NCBI RefSeq assembly: GCF_964355755.1
Contig: NC_092676.1
Location: 7,293,888 to 7,357,887 of the forward strand
Direction of reading: 5' to 3'
Length of the DNA stretch: 64,000 nt
Source of the DNA: Antedon mediterranea
Lineage: Eukaryota > Animalia > Echinodermata
The notes beneath the pieces are model-generated. The model was not told the origin of the DNA. It searched no databases and was given only the letters and a program-made list of their open reading frames with translations. Below are positions 1 through 15,168 of this stretch, one piece after another (within the stretch, counting starts at the first letter, position 1; every line of letters starts with the position of its first letter). The position numbers and the translations under genes were made by a program.

Positions 1-588
1 TTCCCGTATATATTTTGCAGTCTTCCTCTTTTATACCGCGTAGGCGCCTGCCCAGACGACGAATGTGACACACCGTCTGTTGTGGTACATCGATGGCAAT
101 TCGTCGCGGCCTTTTTCACCGCCTTGATCTTTGCATCACACTTTCCAGAAAGGTTTGCTCCGGGCAATTTCGACGTCTTCTTTCACAGTCATCAGATTTT
201 CCACATTGTTGCCAGCATAGCGACTAATCTACAGGTAGATGCCCTTTTAATAGATATAAAAGAACGAAGAGATGTCCTTATTGCAACCATTGGAATGCCA
301 ACGTTTTGGCATTCGATCGGAATTCTCTCAATAATATTCGGCATAAAACTGTTCCTTATTTTGGTGTTTTCAATTAAAGTTTACAGTAAAGCAGAGAATA
401 AACACGTTTACATGGTTAACGGTGAAATTATTGAAAATAGTTGTACTACCGATCTCAGAACATGCGCACATGTTTGCAATGGTGGAAGAAATCTTACAAA
501 CGGATCTTGTGTCGTTTCCAATAATAGCAAACGTAAAAATAAAAACCATACAGACAAGTCAAGAAAAACGAAGTTGAAAAATCAGTGA
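1..588 (+). CDS. 3' end of a PAQR-family (membrane progestin receptor-like) protein; runs off the window start
   Basis: Frame is open from base 1 (FPYIFCSLPLLYR...). It carries the PAQR/HlyIII C-terminal motif PERFAPGNFDVFFHSHQIFH and hydrophobic helices; stop at 586-588. Confidence 0.85.
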   Translation, partial: FPYIFCSLPLLYRVGACPDDECDTPSVVVHRWQFVAAFFTALIFASHFPERFAPGNFDVFFHSHQIFHIVASIATNLQVDALLIDIKERRDVLIATIGMPTFWHSIGILSIIFGIKLFLILVFSIKVYSKAENKHVYMVNGEIIENSCTTDLRTCAHVCNGGRNLTNGSCVVSNNSKRKNKNHTDKSRKTKLKNQ

Positions 589-1232
589 TTTAACATCAGG
601 CTTCAGAAGTGTTTTTTTTAAACATTGGGCGACGCAGGTTAATATTATTATAGTTTGTTGTGCTGTATTTAATTCCACACACTTGCCTCTGTTTGCATTG
701 TGCACTTATTTAACAAAGATAGTTATATATTTTCTAACTTTATAAAACACACGAAGATCAGTATCACCTGCCATTTACTCGAACTAGTCTTAAAATGAAT
801 ACCCTTGTATACACTAGACCTAAACTCTGGAATTCTCTTCCTTTATCTCTTAAAAAAATCTCATAACTGTGGTTTATTTAAACGTCAATTTAAACTATTA
901 TTGGTTGAAGGTTCTTTGTAAATTCGTTTATTATTGATATATTTGATATTTCTTAAATAATTTATATAATCTATTTTTTACTTGTTTTTTTAGTTTTAAA
1001 CATGTTAAACTTATGTGTTAGAGAAAAGATATTAGTTTAATTGTTGTTTTTTTTAAGTTTCTAATTGTGTTATATTATTTATATTTTATTTGTTTTGTTT
1101 TGAGGAGCCTATTCACCACAAGCTTTGCTTTCTTTTAGGCTCCTCCACTTTATATTTATATATTTGTAAAGTGAAATAAAAAATGAAAATAAAAAAAGTT
1201 TAGCTGATATTTTCTACAGTCAAGTGATGTAT

Positions 1233-1575
1233 TCTTGGATCCCACTAGGACACAACGCAGGACGTAATTTCAACTCAAGTGAATTGACCAATCACAGAGA
1301 CAGTTAAGATGATATATCACGTCGTGATTGGCCAAACTGCTTGTGGTGCGCTTACGTCCTTGTATTGCGTCCTAGTGGGAACCAGGAATAAAGCGTGGTT
1401 TCCATTAGAACGCAACGCAATGACGTATCGACGCAAAGTGCTGTATAGCGTAATCGACGCAATAGTGCTGCAAACATCGTAGGTTTGATTTCACGTAGGC
1501 GGGGTCAAACACAATGATTGGAAGGGCATTTTCTTACGTTGTGTTACGTTGCGTCGCAAGTGGGAACCAAGCTTA
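1233..1575. mobile_element. Two adjacent palindromic MITEs, Harbinger/Tourist-like (ggttcccactag...ctagtgggaacc family); related copies near 2762, 36899-37365 and 47810-47915
   Basis: Inverted termini cttggatcccactagga...cctagtgggaaccagg and agcgtggtttccattag...gtgggaaccaagct, with shared internal aacgcaacgc motifs between copies. Superfamily inferred from termini only. Confidence 0.6.
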
Positions 1576-2229
1576 CGTCATGTAAGGTTGTGGGCATGAT
1601 GCTTGTTCACTGAAGAAATAAAAGCACGTATATGTAAATCAAATTATTAGTAATGTTCAGTGATTATAGTAGGCCTATGTCTAATTCAACAAGCATTTAT
1701 TTCGTCAAATAATTTCCATAGGCCATACATAAACACACTCAGACAAACGGCCAACATGAACATGTATTCGGTTTTGATGATTTGTATGACCTAACAATTT
1801 GGACCTATACGATAGACGAGATACAATGGTAGCCTATAAATAATGAGATTACATGCCAACACTTTTAACTAATTTTGGAGGTTAATCCTCCACAGTTAAA
1901 CTCGAAAAGAATGACATAACCGCTCACCTAGAACAGTGCCCCAATGGTTTTGATCAATACCTAAACAAAAAAAGAGCAATGGTAACAAAATGTTAGGCTT
2001 AATCCAATCTTACATCTTGAATTCCATCTTGAAAATGTTGAATGTTATTTGACCTTAATATTATTTTGAAACACGTTTCTTTCATTCAACAAAAAAATAG
2101 AATTAAAACGGTTTTTTTACAGTAGGCCTAAGCTTCTTACGAGAAAAACGTATGACAAATCACAAATGAACTATTAAAAATACAATAGTTACAGTTTCAC
2201 AAAATGAAAGTTGTTTACAACAAGACTTA

Positions 2230-2354
2230 AGCTCTGTTTACACTGTCAAACTTATGTAACAAAAAATGTGATATGCCCATGGACACAGTGACGTCATATC
2301 ACTACCATATTTGGGCACATGACACTTTTTATTTATCAAAATCAGACAGAGATT
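2230..2354. mobile_element. Most abundant MITE family (TIR agctctgtctacactatcaaact), Harbinger-like. Other copies at about 5297-5415, 8023-8181, 13460-13592, 24802-25275, 28655-28965, 29328-29478, 35622-36065, 36486-36629, 41684-41845 and 62346-62483
   Basis: About 11 dispersed copies share the TIRs and the internal atcactaccatatttgggcac motif, flanked by TAA/TTA. Confidence 0.8.
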
Positions 2355-3551
2355 AAAGAGGCATTTATGCAGAATCAGCTTGGGCCTAGTGATAGCTAAA
2401 ATCTAAGGCGTAAGAATGGGAAAAAGGCCTCTGGTTTAACACCCTTAAGGGCCCTCCAACACAGGGTTGTTGCATTAGGCTGCTGCTCATGCTCTGGAAC
2501 CGGACCCTTAAGCTTTGGGGCCCCTGGATTTAACCGGATTAAAAAATTCTATGTGCTTTCTGATTCGGTGGCAAAAAGACCTTGAGCTAAATCTCTACAT
2601 CAGCCTGTTAATCCAACGAAAACTATTTGTTTAAAAACAAATTTAAAAGGAATCAAATCCGATGTTATTAGCATAGAAGATATATTGTAAATACTTATTC
2701 AAAACGTGAAAGCAGTACAATCGCCGATTGTTCAGATAGGCCTTGGTACGATCAGTAGGTAAAGCGTGGTTCCCACTAGCGACGCAACGTAAGAAAATGC
2801 CATTCCGATAATTGTGTTTGCCCCTCTACCTGCGTGAAATAAAATCTGCGATGTTTGCAGCCATGAATTTGACATATAATAGGAAAAAACAATAAAGATT
2901 CTACGCCCCACCATGCATGGGACTGAAGAAAATATACCTTTTAGGTCCCCGCGGAAATGGCACTTTACATGATTAATATAAGTAATATAATTATAAGTCT
3001 ACAGGACCAGCCGTACCTTCATTGAGGCTCAGCAAAGACAATTTTGAAAAATAGAGCCTACGCCCTTGATTACAGTTCAAGTTATGCCCTCCTTGTTTGG
3101 ATTGTGGGCCTCTGTAGGCCTAATAGTTTATTTACTGATATTCAGTCAAAGTTGCGGCGATGGTTTTCTACAGTAGTGAGGTTGTGACTGATAAAAAAAG
3201 GTGGTAAATTCAATTTATTTCGTGGAATGATTGCAATATAAATGTGTACTATATTAATGCGATACCTATTGTCTGCAATGACCCGCCCGTCGATTAAAAT
3301 AGGCGTGCAATTGCCGGAGAGTTAAAGTGAGGATTGACCACCCATCATTATGTCAGTAAATGGAAATGACTCGACAAAAACAAAACACCATTAATATGCT
3401 TAATTTTGTATTGCTGGAAACTTTTTCCAATAAAATGACGTTGAGAATGTTTAAAGCGTTCGAGGGGAAAACCCCGTATGGATGTTGGAAAGGGGAAACC
3501 CCGTATTGCCGGAAATCAGCTGTGCGCATGCCCGAATGTGTGATTTTCAGC

Positions 3552-7283
<3,732 letters not shown>

Positions 7284-7384
7284 TAAAGTGAACAATGGTT
7301 AATATTTCTTTAAATGGCCGCGATTCTTGACAAAAAGGGAAAACATGTTTTTGTCAATGAACCTACAAATATTTGAAATATATT

Positions 7385-7535
7385 AGGAATGAACTGGAAT
7401 AGGAATGAACTGGAATAAACTGGATTAGGAGTGAACTGGAATAAACTGGATTAGGAGTGAACTGGAATAAACTGGATTAGGAGTGAACTGGAATATACTT
7501 GATTTGGAATGAACTGGAATGAACTGGAATAAACT
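7385..7535. repeat. Tandem repeat of ~25-bp unit (gaactggaataaactggattaggagt) in the NSUN4 3' region
   Basis: Directly visible repeated units built from a GAACTGGAAT core. Confidence 0.9.
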
Positions 7536-8324
7536 ATGTACGTTTTAATATTTACTATAAATCTATATCAAACTACAAATGTTCACCAATTTATTGGTTC
7601 ATATGAAATAAATGATTAAAACATCTACAAAGACAGGTTTTTATATATTTTTATTCTTATTTAGAAAAAGGTATCTATTATACGATATTAAATAAAACAA
7701 AAAATAATTATTGATTTGTTTGTGTGGATGACTGAAGTAAACTGTACTATTAGTAACCCATAACAATTCCCATTTATACTCATTATAGTGTATCTATCTC
7801 TTTGTAATGTATAAATTTAAGGATATGTAGGTTCATTTTAAATCAGTCACATCATAAATATATTAATTTACTCCATTCACCATAATATTAAAATCCTAAA
7901 AATCTGTTTTAAATGAAAGACTTCATTAAAATAATATTCAGAAGTAGGGTGGGTAAATATAGGCTGTGATTCACATAAATATAAATGGTTTTATCTTGAC
8001 CTTCTATCAGAGCAGCATCTAAAGCTTTGTCTACACTATCAAACTTTATGTGACAAAAAAATGGTATGTGCCTTTATATGGACATGGTGATGAAAACTAC
8101 CATTTTTGGGTATATCACTACCATATTTGGGCACATCACACTTTCTTTTGTCAAACTAGTTTGATAGTGTAGACAAAGTTTAAGATATAAAACTTGCATC
8201 ACAATTAAATAGTTGTGGGTAGATATTATTGTCTTTAGTGTTTTACAATAAACAAAAATAATCAATACAAAATATCAGTATTTTTAAAATAATAATAATA
8301 CGGTAATACAATTAACATTATATG

Positions 8325-11017
8325 TCATTGATCATGAGGATATACATGTTTAAGCCATGGTCTTGCTAGGTAACGGGTTCCATCAAAACCTTCAAAATAA
8401 TCATCTACGTCGGGGTGAATAATCTGCAAAGACAAACAAATATTAATTTTTACAATCCAATGTTTGTTAAACCAAGGCAATCGAACAACAGGATGCTGAG
8501 TTCTGGAGATCAAAGGGTTTATCTGTGGCTGCGACATGATCAGTTCCACGCCCTTTAACAGATGTCGCGCCGCGGAGTATATGTACATAGTGCAGTACTG
8601 TTGGTATTTGTTGCAGCCAGACATAAGATCAAAGGACTGTTGCGACTTCCTATCTTGGCAAGGCAAGCTCTGTGTCCTGTTGTTAGATTGCCTTGGTTAA
8701 ACTCATTAACAATCATAGAGTTATTATATAAGAAACTAGAGAGTCAACTAGTCAACAACGAAGTGATGTCAACAGGACATAGCTGATAATACACTTGCCT
8801 TCATATTGCCTATTAATTCTATATTTTCTTGTGGAATGTATGTAGTCACTGCTGCAGATGATACATCCCTTGTATCCACTAGGATTGAATAGTTTGGCAT
8901 GTTTCTCCAATGCTGTTAAAGGAAAAGTATAAGGGACATCAAACTGTACAACTTGCGATACTGTGTTACTGGAAAAATATGTTCTTTTGTAAGAAATCAA
9001 TACAAGTTATTAAAAAACTATTCTATTCGAAAAGATCATCATGCGTTTGATCCAAAAATGAATGAGGTAATAATATGTACAGCGCTTAGAGTTTTCACAA
9101 CAGTAGGTGCTTTATAAATCCAGGATATTATTGTGTACTGATCTTCGGTGCTGCACTGCTGGCTGCCATGGGTCTTTAAAGGGCCTAAAATCCAATTTTA
9201 GTTAATTAGTTAATCATTTAAAGAATATTATTATGTTTAAAATCTAAATTTTACTTACTGGCTTATCCTTAGGATGCATTTCTTGGATCCAACTTTCAGG
9301 GGCCTAAATAAGAAATAAATATACAAAAATACTTATAGGTGTATTATCCTCTAAAAACATCAAAAATGAAGATTAATTATAAATCAGACTTTGAATGGGT
9401 TTATTTTTTAGTTTATCAAGTTAATCACTTCTGCAGAAAAAAAAAGCAAAAGTTTTCACTTATAAAAAGACAAACAGACGGTTATATTCAAACAAAACTT
9501 CATTGGCTGGCTGCCAATTTGACTTTTTTTTTTGCTTCATTACAGTTTTTCAGGTAAATCATTTTTTTATCCAATTTTTGGTCAAAGTTAATAACTATTA
9601 TGGAACAACAAAATGACATATTCAACAACAAAATAATTTTGTTCAATTAAATATACAGTATCTTTAATAATAAAACTTTCTTTGCCAAAAATGAATTGTA
9701 AAAGACATTTTAAAGTGTAAATAAATAACAAATGAATCACAATACCTGTGCAGTTTCATCCCAGCCTACAATGATCCCTCGATATCCCCATAACTTATGC
9801 CTAATCACTTGACCAATTCGGAATTTCACTTCAGCAGGTCGTTTAATTCTAGGATCTGGTGAGCCTACAAAAAAAAATCCCAAAAATGGTTTAGTTTTAG
9901 TGGAATACAAAAGCTTATTAAAGCCTACATCTCTTGTGAGATGTATACATATTGATAGGAAATGATTTTTAAAAAATTAATGTAATCAATTTATTTAATT
10001 ATTTAATTCTTACCTGCAAAATGCCCATTCGCTTTAAGCAAATTTAAAACTTCTACAGCCGGGCTTTCCCCAGCATCGTCATTTTCATCTCCATAACTCG
10101 CTCGTGTTTTACCCTCTAATAAGTTAACTATTTGTTTATACTTCTGTACAATCCATTTTTTCCATAAAAAAACATCGAAAGCCTTTGTTCTCCAATTTTC
10201 AAATTTCCAAGCTAACCTTTGGAAGGAAAAAATAAATAAAAATACAATAAAATAATCCAGTGGTATACTGTAAAACCTCTATTTAGGGGACACCTTGAAA
10301 ATGGGCTGGCTGTAGTGCCTTCTTGTTCATTTCACGGGAAAGAGTACCTTTCTATAATAGAAATGCCCACTCTGTCCCCAATATCTAGAAAATCCTTGTC
10401 ATCATACATTGGCAATTTTGTCAAGCCAATGTGCAAGAATTTGTTTTTACACTCTGTTGATTGGTCACAAGATAACATGTGACAGCAAACTGAGATTATC
10501 AAGATTATCAATGCAGCATGCTTTTTCCGTATTCAATAATAACAAGTATTGTAGCCATATTGTTTTTCATTTTTTGTATTCCATATTGTAAATATGCGCA
10601 TGAAAGTAGGTGGATGATGCAATGAAGGTGATCTAACAACAGGATGCTGAGCAGCTTGGGAGATCAAAGGGTTCATCTGTGGCTGCGACACGATCAGTTC
10701 CACGGCCTTTAGAAGACACTACACGCTGCGGAGAATATGTACATAGTACAGTACTGTTGGTATTTGTCGCAGCCAGACATAAGATCAAAGGACTGTTACA
10801 AGTTCCTATCTTGGCAAGACGAGCTCAGTGCCCTGTTGTTAAATTGCCTTCAATTTTTGGCCTTTTAATAAAATCTTGGAACATGATAAATTACTTACTG
10901 GTGAAGGGAGTCTCGTCTTTGAAGATCAGTGACTGGTTTCCATGTTGTTAGAAAGTACTGAATAGGTACAACCAAGATTAGAATGCATAGTGACCAAGGG
11001 ATACCTTGTGGCATCAT
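8325..11017 (-). CDS. YccV/HspQ-like (hemimethylated-DNA-binding fold) domain protein with N-terminal hydrophobic anchor (exons 11017-10899, 10216-10014, 9864-9746, 9303-9259, 8912-8799, 8423-8325)
   Basis: Spliced translation gives FRIGQVIRHKLWGYRGIIVGWD, then APESW, PNYSILVDTRD, TTYIPQENIE and HPDVDDYFEGFDGTRY, typical of YccV-like domains; N-terminus is MMPQGIPWSLCILILVVPIQYFL. Confidence 0.8.
8473..8695. mobile_element. P-superfamily-like MITE; further copies at about 10624-10851 and 15707-16007
   Basis: TIR caaggcaatc(g/t)aacaacagg...cctgttgttagattgccttg; 7-bp TSD gttaaac at 8466-8472 and 8696-8702. Confidence 0.7.
9330..9666. mobile_element. Kolobok-like ~340-bp non-autonomous element (ttaa-AGATGTATTGTCCC...GGGACAATACATCT-ttaa). 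Other copies at about 22421-22739, 26609-27543, 29806-30156, 32447-32768, 35004-35360 and 47273-47600 (partial)
   Basis: Dispersed homologous copies in both orientations, with TTAA flanks and purine-purine termini. Confidence 0.65.
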
Positions 11018-12112
11018 ACACTGAAACAAAATAATATTGATAAAATATGTTTCAAATTACCAACTATTACTACCATAGTTACTAAAGGTTTCAAGTGCTA
11101 CATTTCATAAATTGAACTAAACTAACTACTAAACTAACAACTAAACTTTGTACAAATTATTGTGATCATTTTTGTATTATATTTAATTTAAAAAAACATG
11201 AACAATCATTGTTAAAACATGATCGCAAAAATTAGTTTATGATGTATGTCATCCTATGGCCTAATGCATGCATATACGATTATAGTGCTAATGTGTCATA
11301 TAGAGTCATATACAGCATACTGTATATCATTATCTATATACAGTGTAGCATATATTGTAAGAATAGAATCTAATATTAATTAAAAGCCTTATTATATAAA
11401 TAATAGTATTCAGTCTACACCACAATCTAGGATGCCCCATCAATACTCTTTACTCTATTGTATGCTGTACTGGATGCAAAAGATAGAGTTATTAATATTA
11501 GGGCAACGCCTATATTTTTTATAGGGAATATAGGCCTATCTATATATTATATATTTGTTTTTGTAATTTAATCTAGGCCTAGGCCTAGCTTGGCCCTAAC
11601 TAATTACTAAATTAATTAAATAAATCAAATAGGCCTACTATTTTAAATGGTTCCCCAAATGTTAACAATAATTTGGAAGTAAATTTACAAGAATCTGTCA
11701 TGTATTTCAAAGTAATCATCAGGTCTAAAATTAAAAACTACTTCGGTTAGGCCTAGCGTTATAGATAGCACTGGTCAAAAAATGCAACGGGCGTTGGAGT
11801 GGTTTAACCCGGTACAAAATTGTCGGAGCGTGCGTTCGATTGCGGCCTAGCTTTTAGACGCGTTATCATCTATGTATCGTATACTAATATAGAAAATTAA
11901 TCATCAAATTTACATACCAGGACTTAAACTGCACGTATATTGTATTGAATTAATATGTGCTGTTTGCAATCAAACAATATTTTAACAATTTTATATCACA
12001 TAAGGACACGTTGCATTAGCCATTTTCCCCGTTGGTTGTTTACGTTTTCTTCTTCTTTCTTAAGAGGGCGCACGTCCAAAACAATAATATCATTATTTTT
12101 GCAACTCTGGCC

Positions 12113-14453
12113 ATGATGACAAGCATTATGTAAGACCAAAATAGTTTTAAATTAAAAATAAATAATAAAAGAAATAAAAATACTTTGAGTTATTCTGTAA
12201 AATGTAAGTATGCACAATTCTGAATATTCATAGTCTCTTTTATGAATCTTGTGTTTTGGATAAAGATATTTAATTCTACATTTAATTGAAAACTTGTGAT
12301 AATATAATAAATCATAATGCGGCCATATAGTGAGAATAAGATGACAGAGAGTATGGATGTTTGTTTCTTCTTGTTTTTGTACTGTATAATGCAGTATAGG
12401 TCTCATTTTATTTCAGACACTGTACAACAATGAAGTTGCAGAGTTTGTTACGAAATATGGGAAGGTATCAATTTGCAAATTGTAGACAGAATAAAAGGTA
12501 CTGTATCAAAAGACATAATTTTCATCACTTATCACCACTACACCATCATTGAGTTGCGTTGGTCAAAACACTGTTACTTTGAAGACCATCATCCCAAAGA
12601 CATTGATTGAGTGTGAATAGAAAGTAAACACCCCAACTCTTCAACCTAGCACCTGCAAATTGCTAATGAGAGTACTAAATATCTAAGTTTCTTTTTCTCT
12701 TTTCAGATGTATGAATACAAACAAAGGTACGAGTGAAATGGATCCAGAAGAAGCAGAACATTTCCGGAAGCTTTCTGGCAAGTGGTGGGATTACAATGGA
12801 GTTTTCAAGCCCCTGCATAGCATGAACATCCTACGAGTGCCTTTTATACGTGATGCATTGTTTCCATTTTCAACGTCTACTTCAGAATCCAGACCCCTAG
12901 AAGGCATTAACATCCTTGATGTGGGTTGTGGTGGTGGACTACTAAGTGAGGTACAGATCAAGTGTTGTTAATCTAGGCCTAGATAACTATCTGGAGATTA
13001 TGAGACTCCAGACTATCTGAAGATTATGAGACTCCAGACTATCTGGAGATTATGAGTTTCAAATTTTACATGGAGAACAACATTTTGCATTAAAACAAAA
13101 CATCTCTATTTTTTCAGCCACTTGCAAGGTTAGGCGCCAATGTCACAGGAATCGACCTTGTATTGGAGAACATTAAAGCTGCCGCAGCACACGCCAATAA
13201 AGACAATACCCTAAAAGAGCATCTGACCTATTGTCATTGTTCAGTGAATGATCTGCTGGCAGAGAAGAGTGGTCATTATGATGCTGTGGTGATGTCAGAG
13301 GTCATTGAGCATATTACCAATAAAAATGATATTGTTCAACCTTGTTGTGCATTGCTAAAGGTATACAATATATTTTTGTAAAATGTATTTTTCATTTTAA
13401 ATACAAAAAAACAAGAAAAACCTCTTTTGCATAATTATATAAACTTTTTTTTTTTCTTTAGCTCTGTCTTTATGTAACAAAACAAAAACTGTGATGTGCC
13501 CATAAATGAACACGATGATGTCATAATACTACCACATTTGGGCACATCACACTTTTTTTTGTCAAACTAGCTTGATAGTGTAGACAGAGCTTTAATGATT
13601 GTTTTTCAGGACAGAGGTTCAATATTCATTACAACGATAAGCAAAACAATACTGTCACAAATACTTGCAGTATATGCAGTAGAATATATATTCAACATTG
13701 TGCCAAGGGGAACACATGATTGGAACAAGTTTATTCAACCGGAAAAAATGAAAAATATTTTGAAGCTGAGTAAGTTTTTACTGTAAAAGACAGCATTCCA
13801 ACAGTGGTTTAACAGCTATGAGCACTCACTGGCTAAACACAGTTGCCCCGGAGCTCATAAAGCTAAAAACGTCAGAGGCCTCCAGCGTTGGAGGGCCACT
13901 TAGGGTTCCAAAACCAGGGGCCTCAGTTCTCTACGTTATGCCACTGCATTCCAATATGGTTGTGAGTGTGGTAAGGGCATGTGGCGCAGTGTGTTGAACG
14001 CCAGACTACTGATCGTGAGATTAAATCCAAAGCTCATCACACTGCTTGTATCCTTAGGCTAGACACTTTACTTATGTTTGCCTCTAACACCCATGTGCTC
14101 AAATGGGTACCTGGTATAGGTGAAGACACAACCGTGTTGATTATGGCTGCAACATTATGGGAGTATGTTTCCTAATGGTTTGATCCAAAACATTACCGTC
14201 CGGGGTAATAATGTGAAGGCTTTGTGCATTAAGCGCTGTATATGATCAACGTATTATTAATATTTTTGTGAGACTAACTAATATACCAACCATCCTTATT
14301 GACAGGGTAATTAACCATTGTAAATTCATAATTGCAGATAACTGCCGTACGACCACTACAAAAGGAATGCAATTTAATCCAATCACAAATCAGTGGAGCT
14401 GGTCATCTGACGTCAGTATAAACTATGCTCTACATGCTGTCAAAGAAAGCTGA
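12113..14453 (+). CDS. COQ3: Ubiquinone biosynthesis O-methyltransferase COQ3 (exons 12113-12129, 12417-12497, 12707-12950, 13118-13360, 13610-13769, 14338-14453)
   Basis: Motifs KWWDYNGVFKPLHSMN, ILDVGCGGGLLSEPLARLGA, SEVIEH and PRGTHDWNKFI; phases are consistent across GT-AG introns. The first-exon ATG is less certain. Confidence 0.92.
12985..13057. repeat. Short tandem repeat, ~3 copies of actatctggagattatgagactccag
   Basis: Directly visible in a COQ3 intron. Confidence 0.85.
13802..13946. mobile_element. hAT-like MITE; related copies at about 17416-17589, 29500-29610 and 2355-2540
   Basis: Termini cagtgg...ccactg with a perfect 8-bp TSD cattccaa (13794-13801 and 13947-13954). Confidence 0.75.
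13973..14260 (+). mobile_element. tRNA-derived SINE with CORE-like centre and L2-like tail; second copy at 63623-63925 and a 3' fragment at about 9040-9132
   Basis: A-box-like gtggcgcagtgtgtt, central gtatccttagg(c)aagacacttta...aaatgggtacc, and tail agcgct...tattatta shared between copies. Confidence 0.65.
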
Positions 14454-15168
14454 AGGAGTTGCAATAGTCGAGTGTTGGTACCAGAAATATAAGTGCTTGA
14501 CCACAACACAGGAGAAATTGGGGTGGACATACCAAAATGCCATGTCCAGTTGCCTATAAAGATTGACATATTATATTTGCAACAAGGACACATGTACTAA
14601 TCATATTTATGTCAAAGAGCATCATTTAACTGAGAGTCTTTTTGCTTAAGTCACATGCTTAAGTGAAAAACTGAGGGTTTTATTTATAAAAAGAGTTTTT
14701 TATCTCATGGATGGACTTCCATTTATAAATATTATTATATTATTTAAGGTTAAGATAATTTTTGTTTAAACTCTGCAATTCTTTTGTATAGAACACCAAA
14801 CAAACAAAGGTATAATGTTTTCAATATTTACTTCTCTGGTAAACAGATAAATATGTTCTGTTCTGAAAGCATAAATATATAGAACAGTATAGTATTACAA
14901 TGTCTTATTTAAAATGTTCCATATCAGAACCTCACTCTCTACAATTGATGGTATATATTACTGTTTTTCTAAAAATCACAGCACATAATTAAAGTTGGAT
15001 GAATTCAGTCAATCCACTAATTTCTGTTAATAATTTATCGTTTATATGAAAACATAAATATAAAACCTCTAAAAAAGTATAAAAATGTTTTACTTAATAG
15101 ATATAGAAAAAGCTTTTTAAAATAATATGTTTTTGAAAGACATAATTGTTGGCACCTATATGTTAAAA

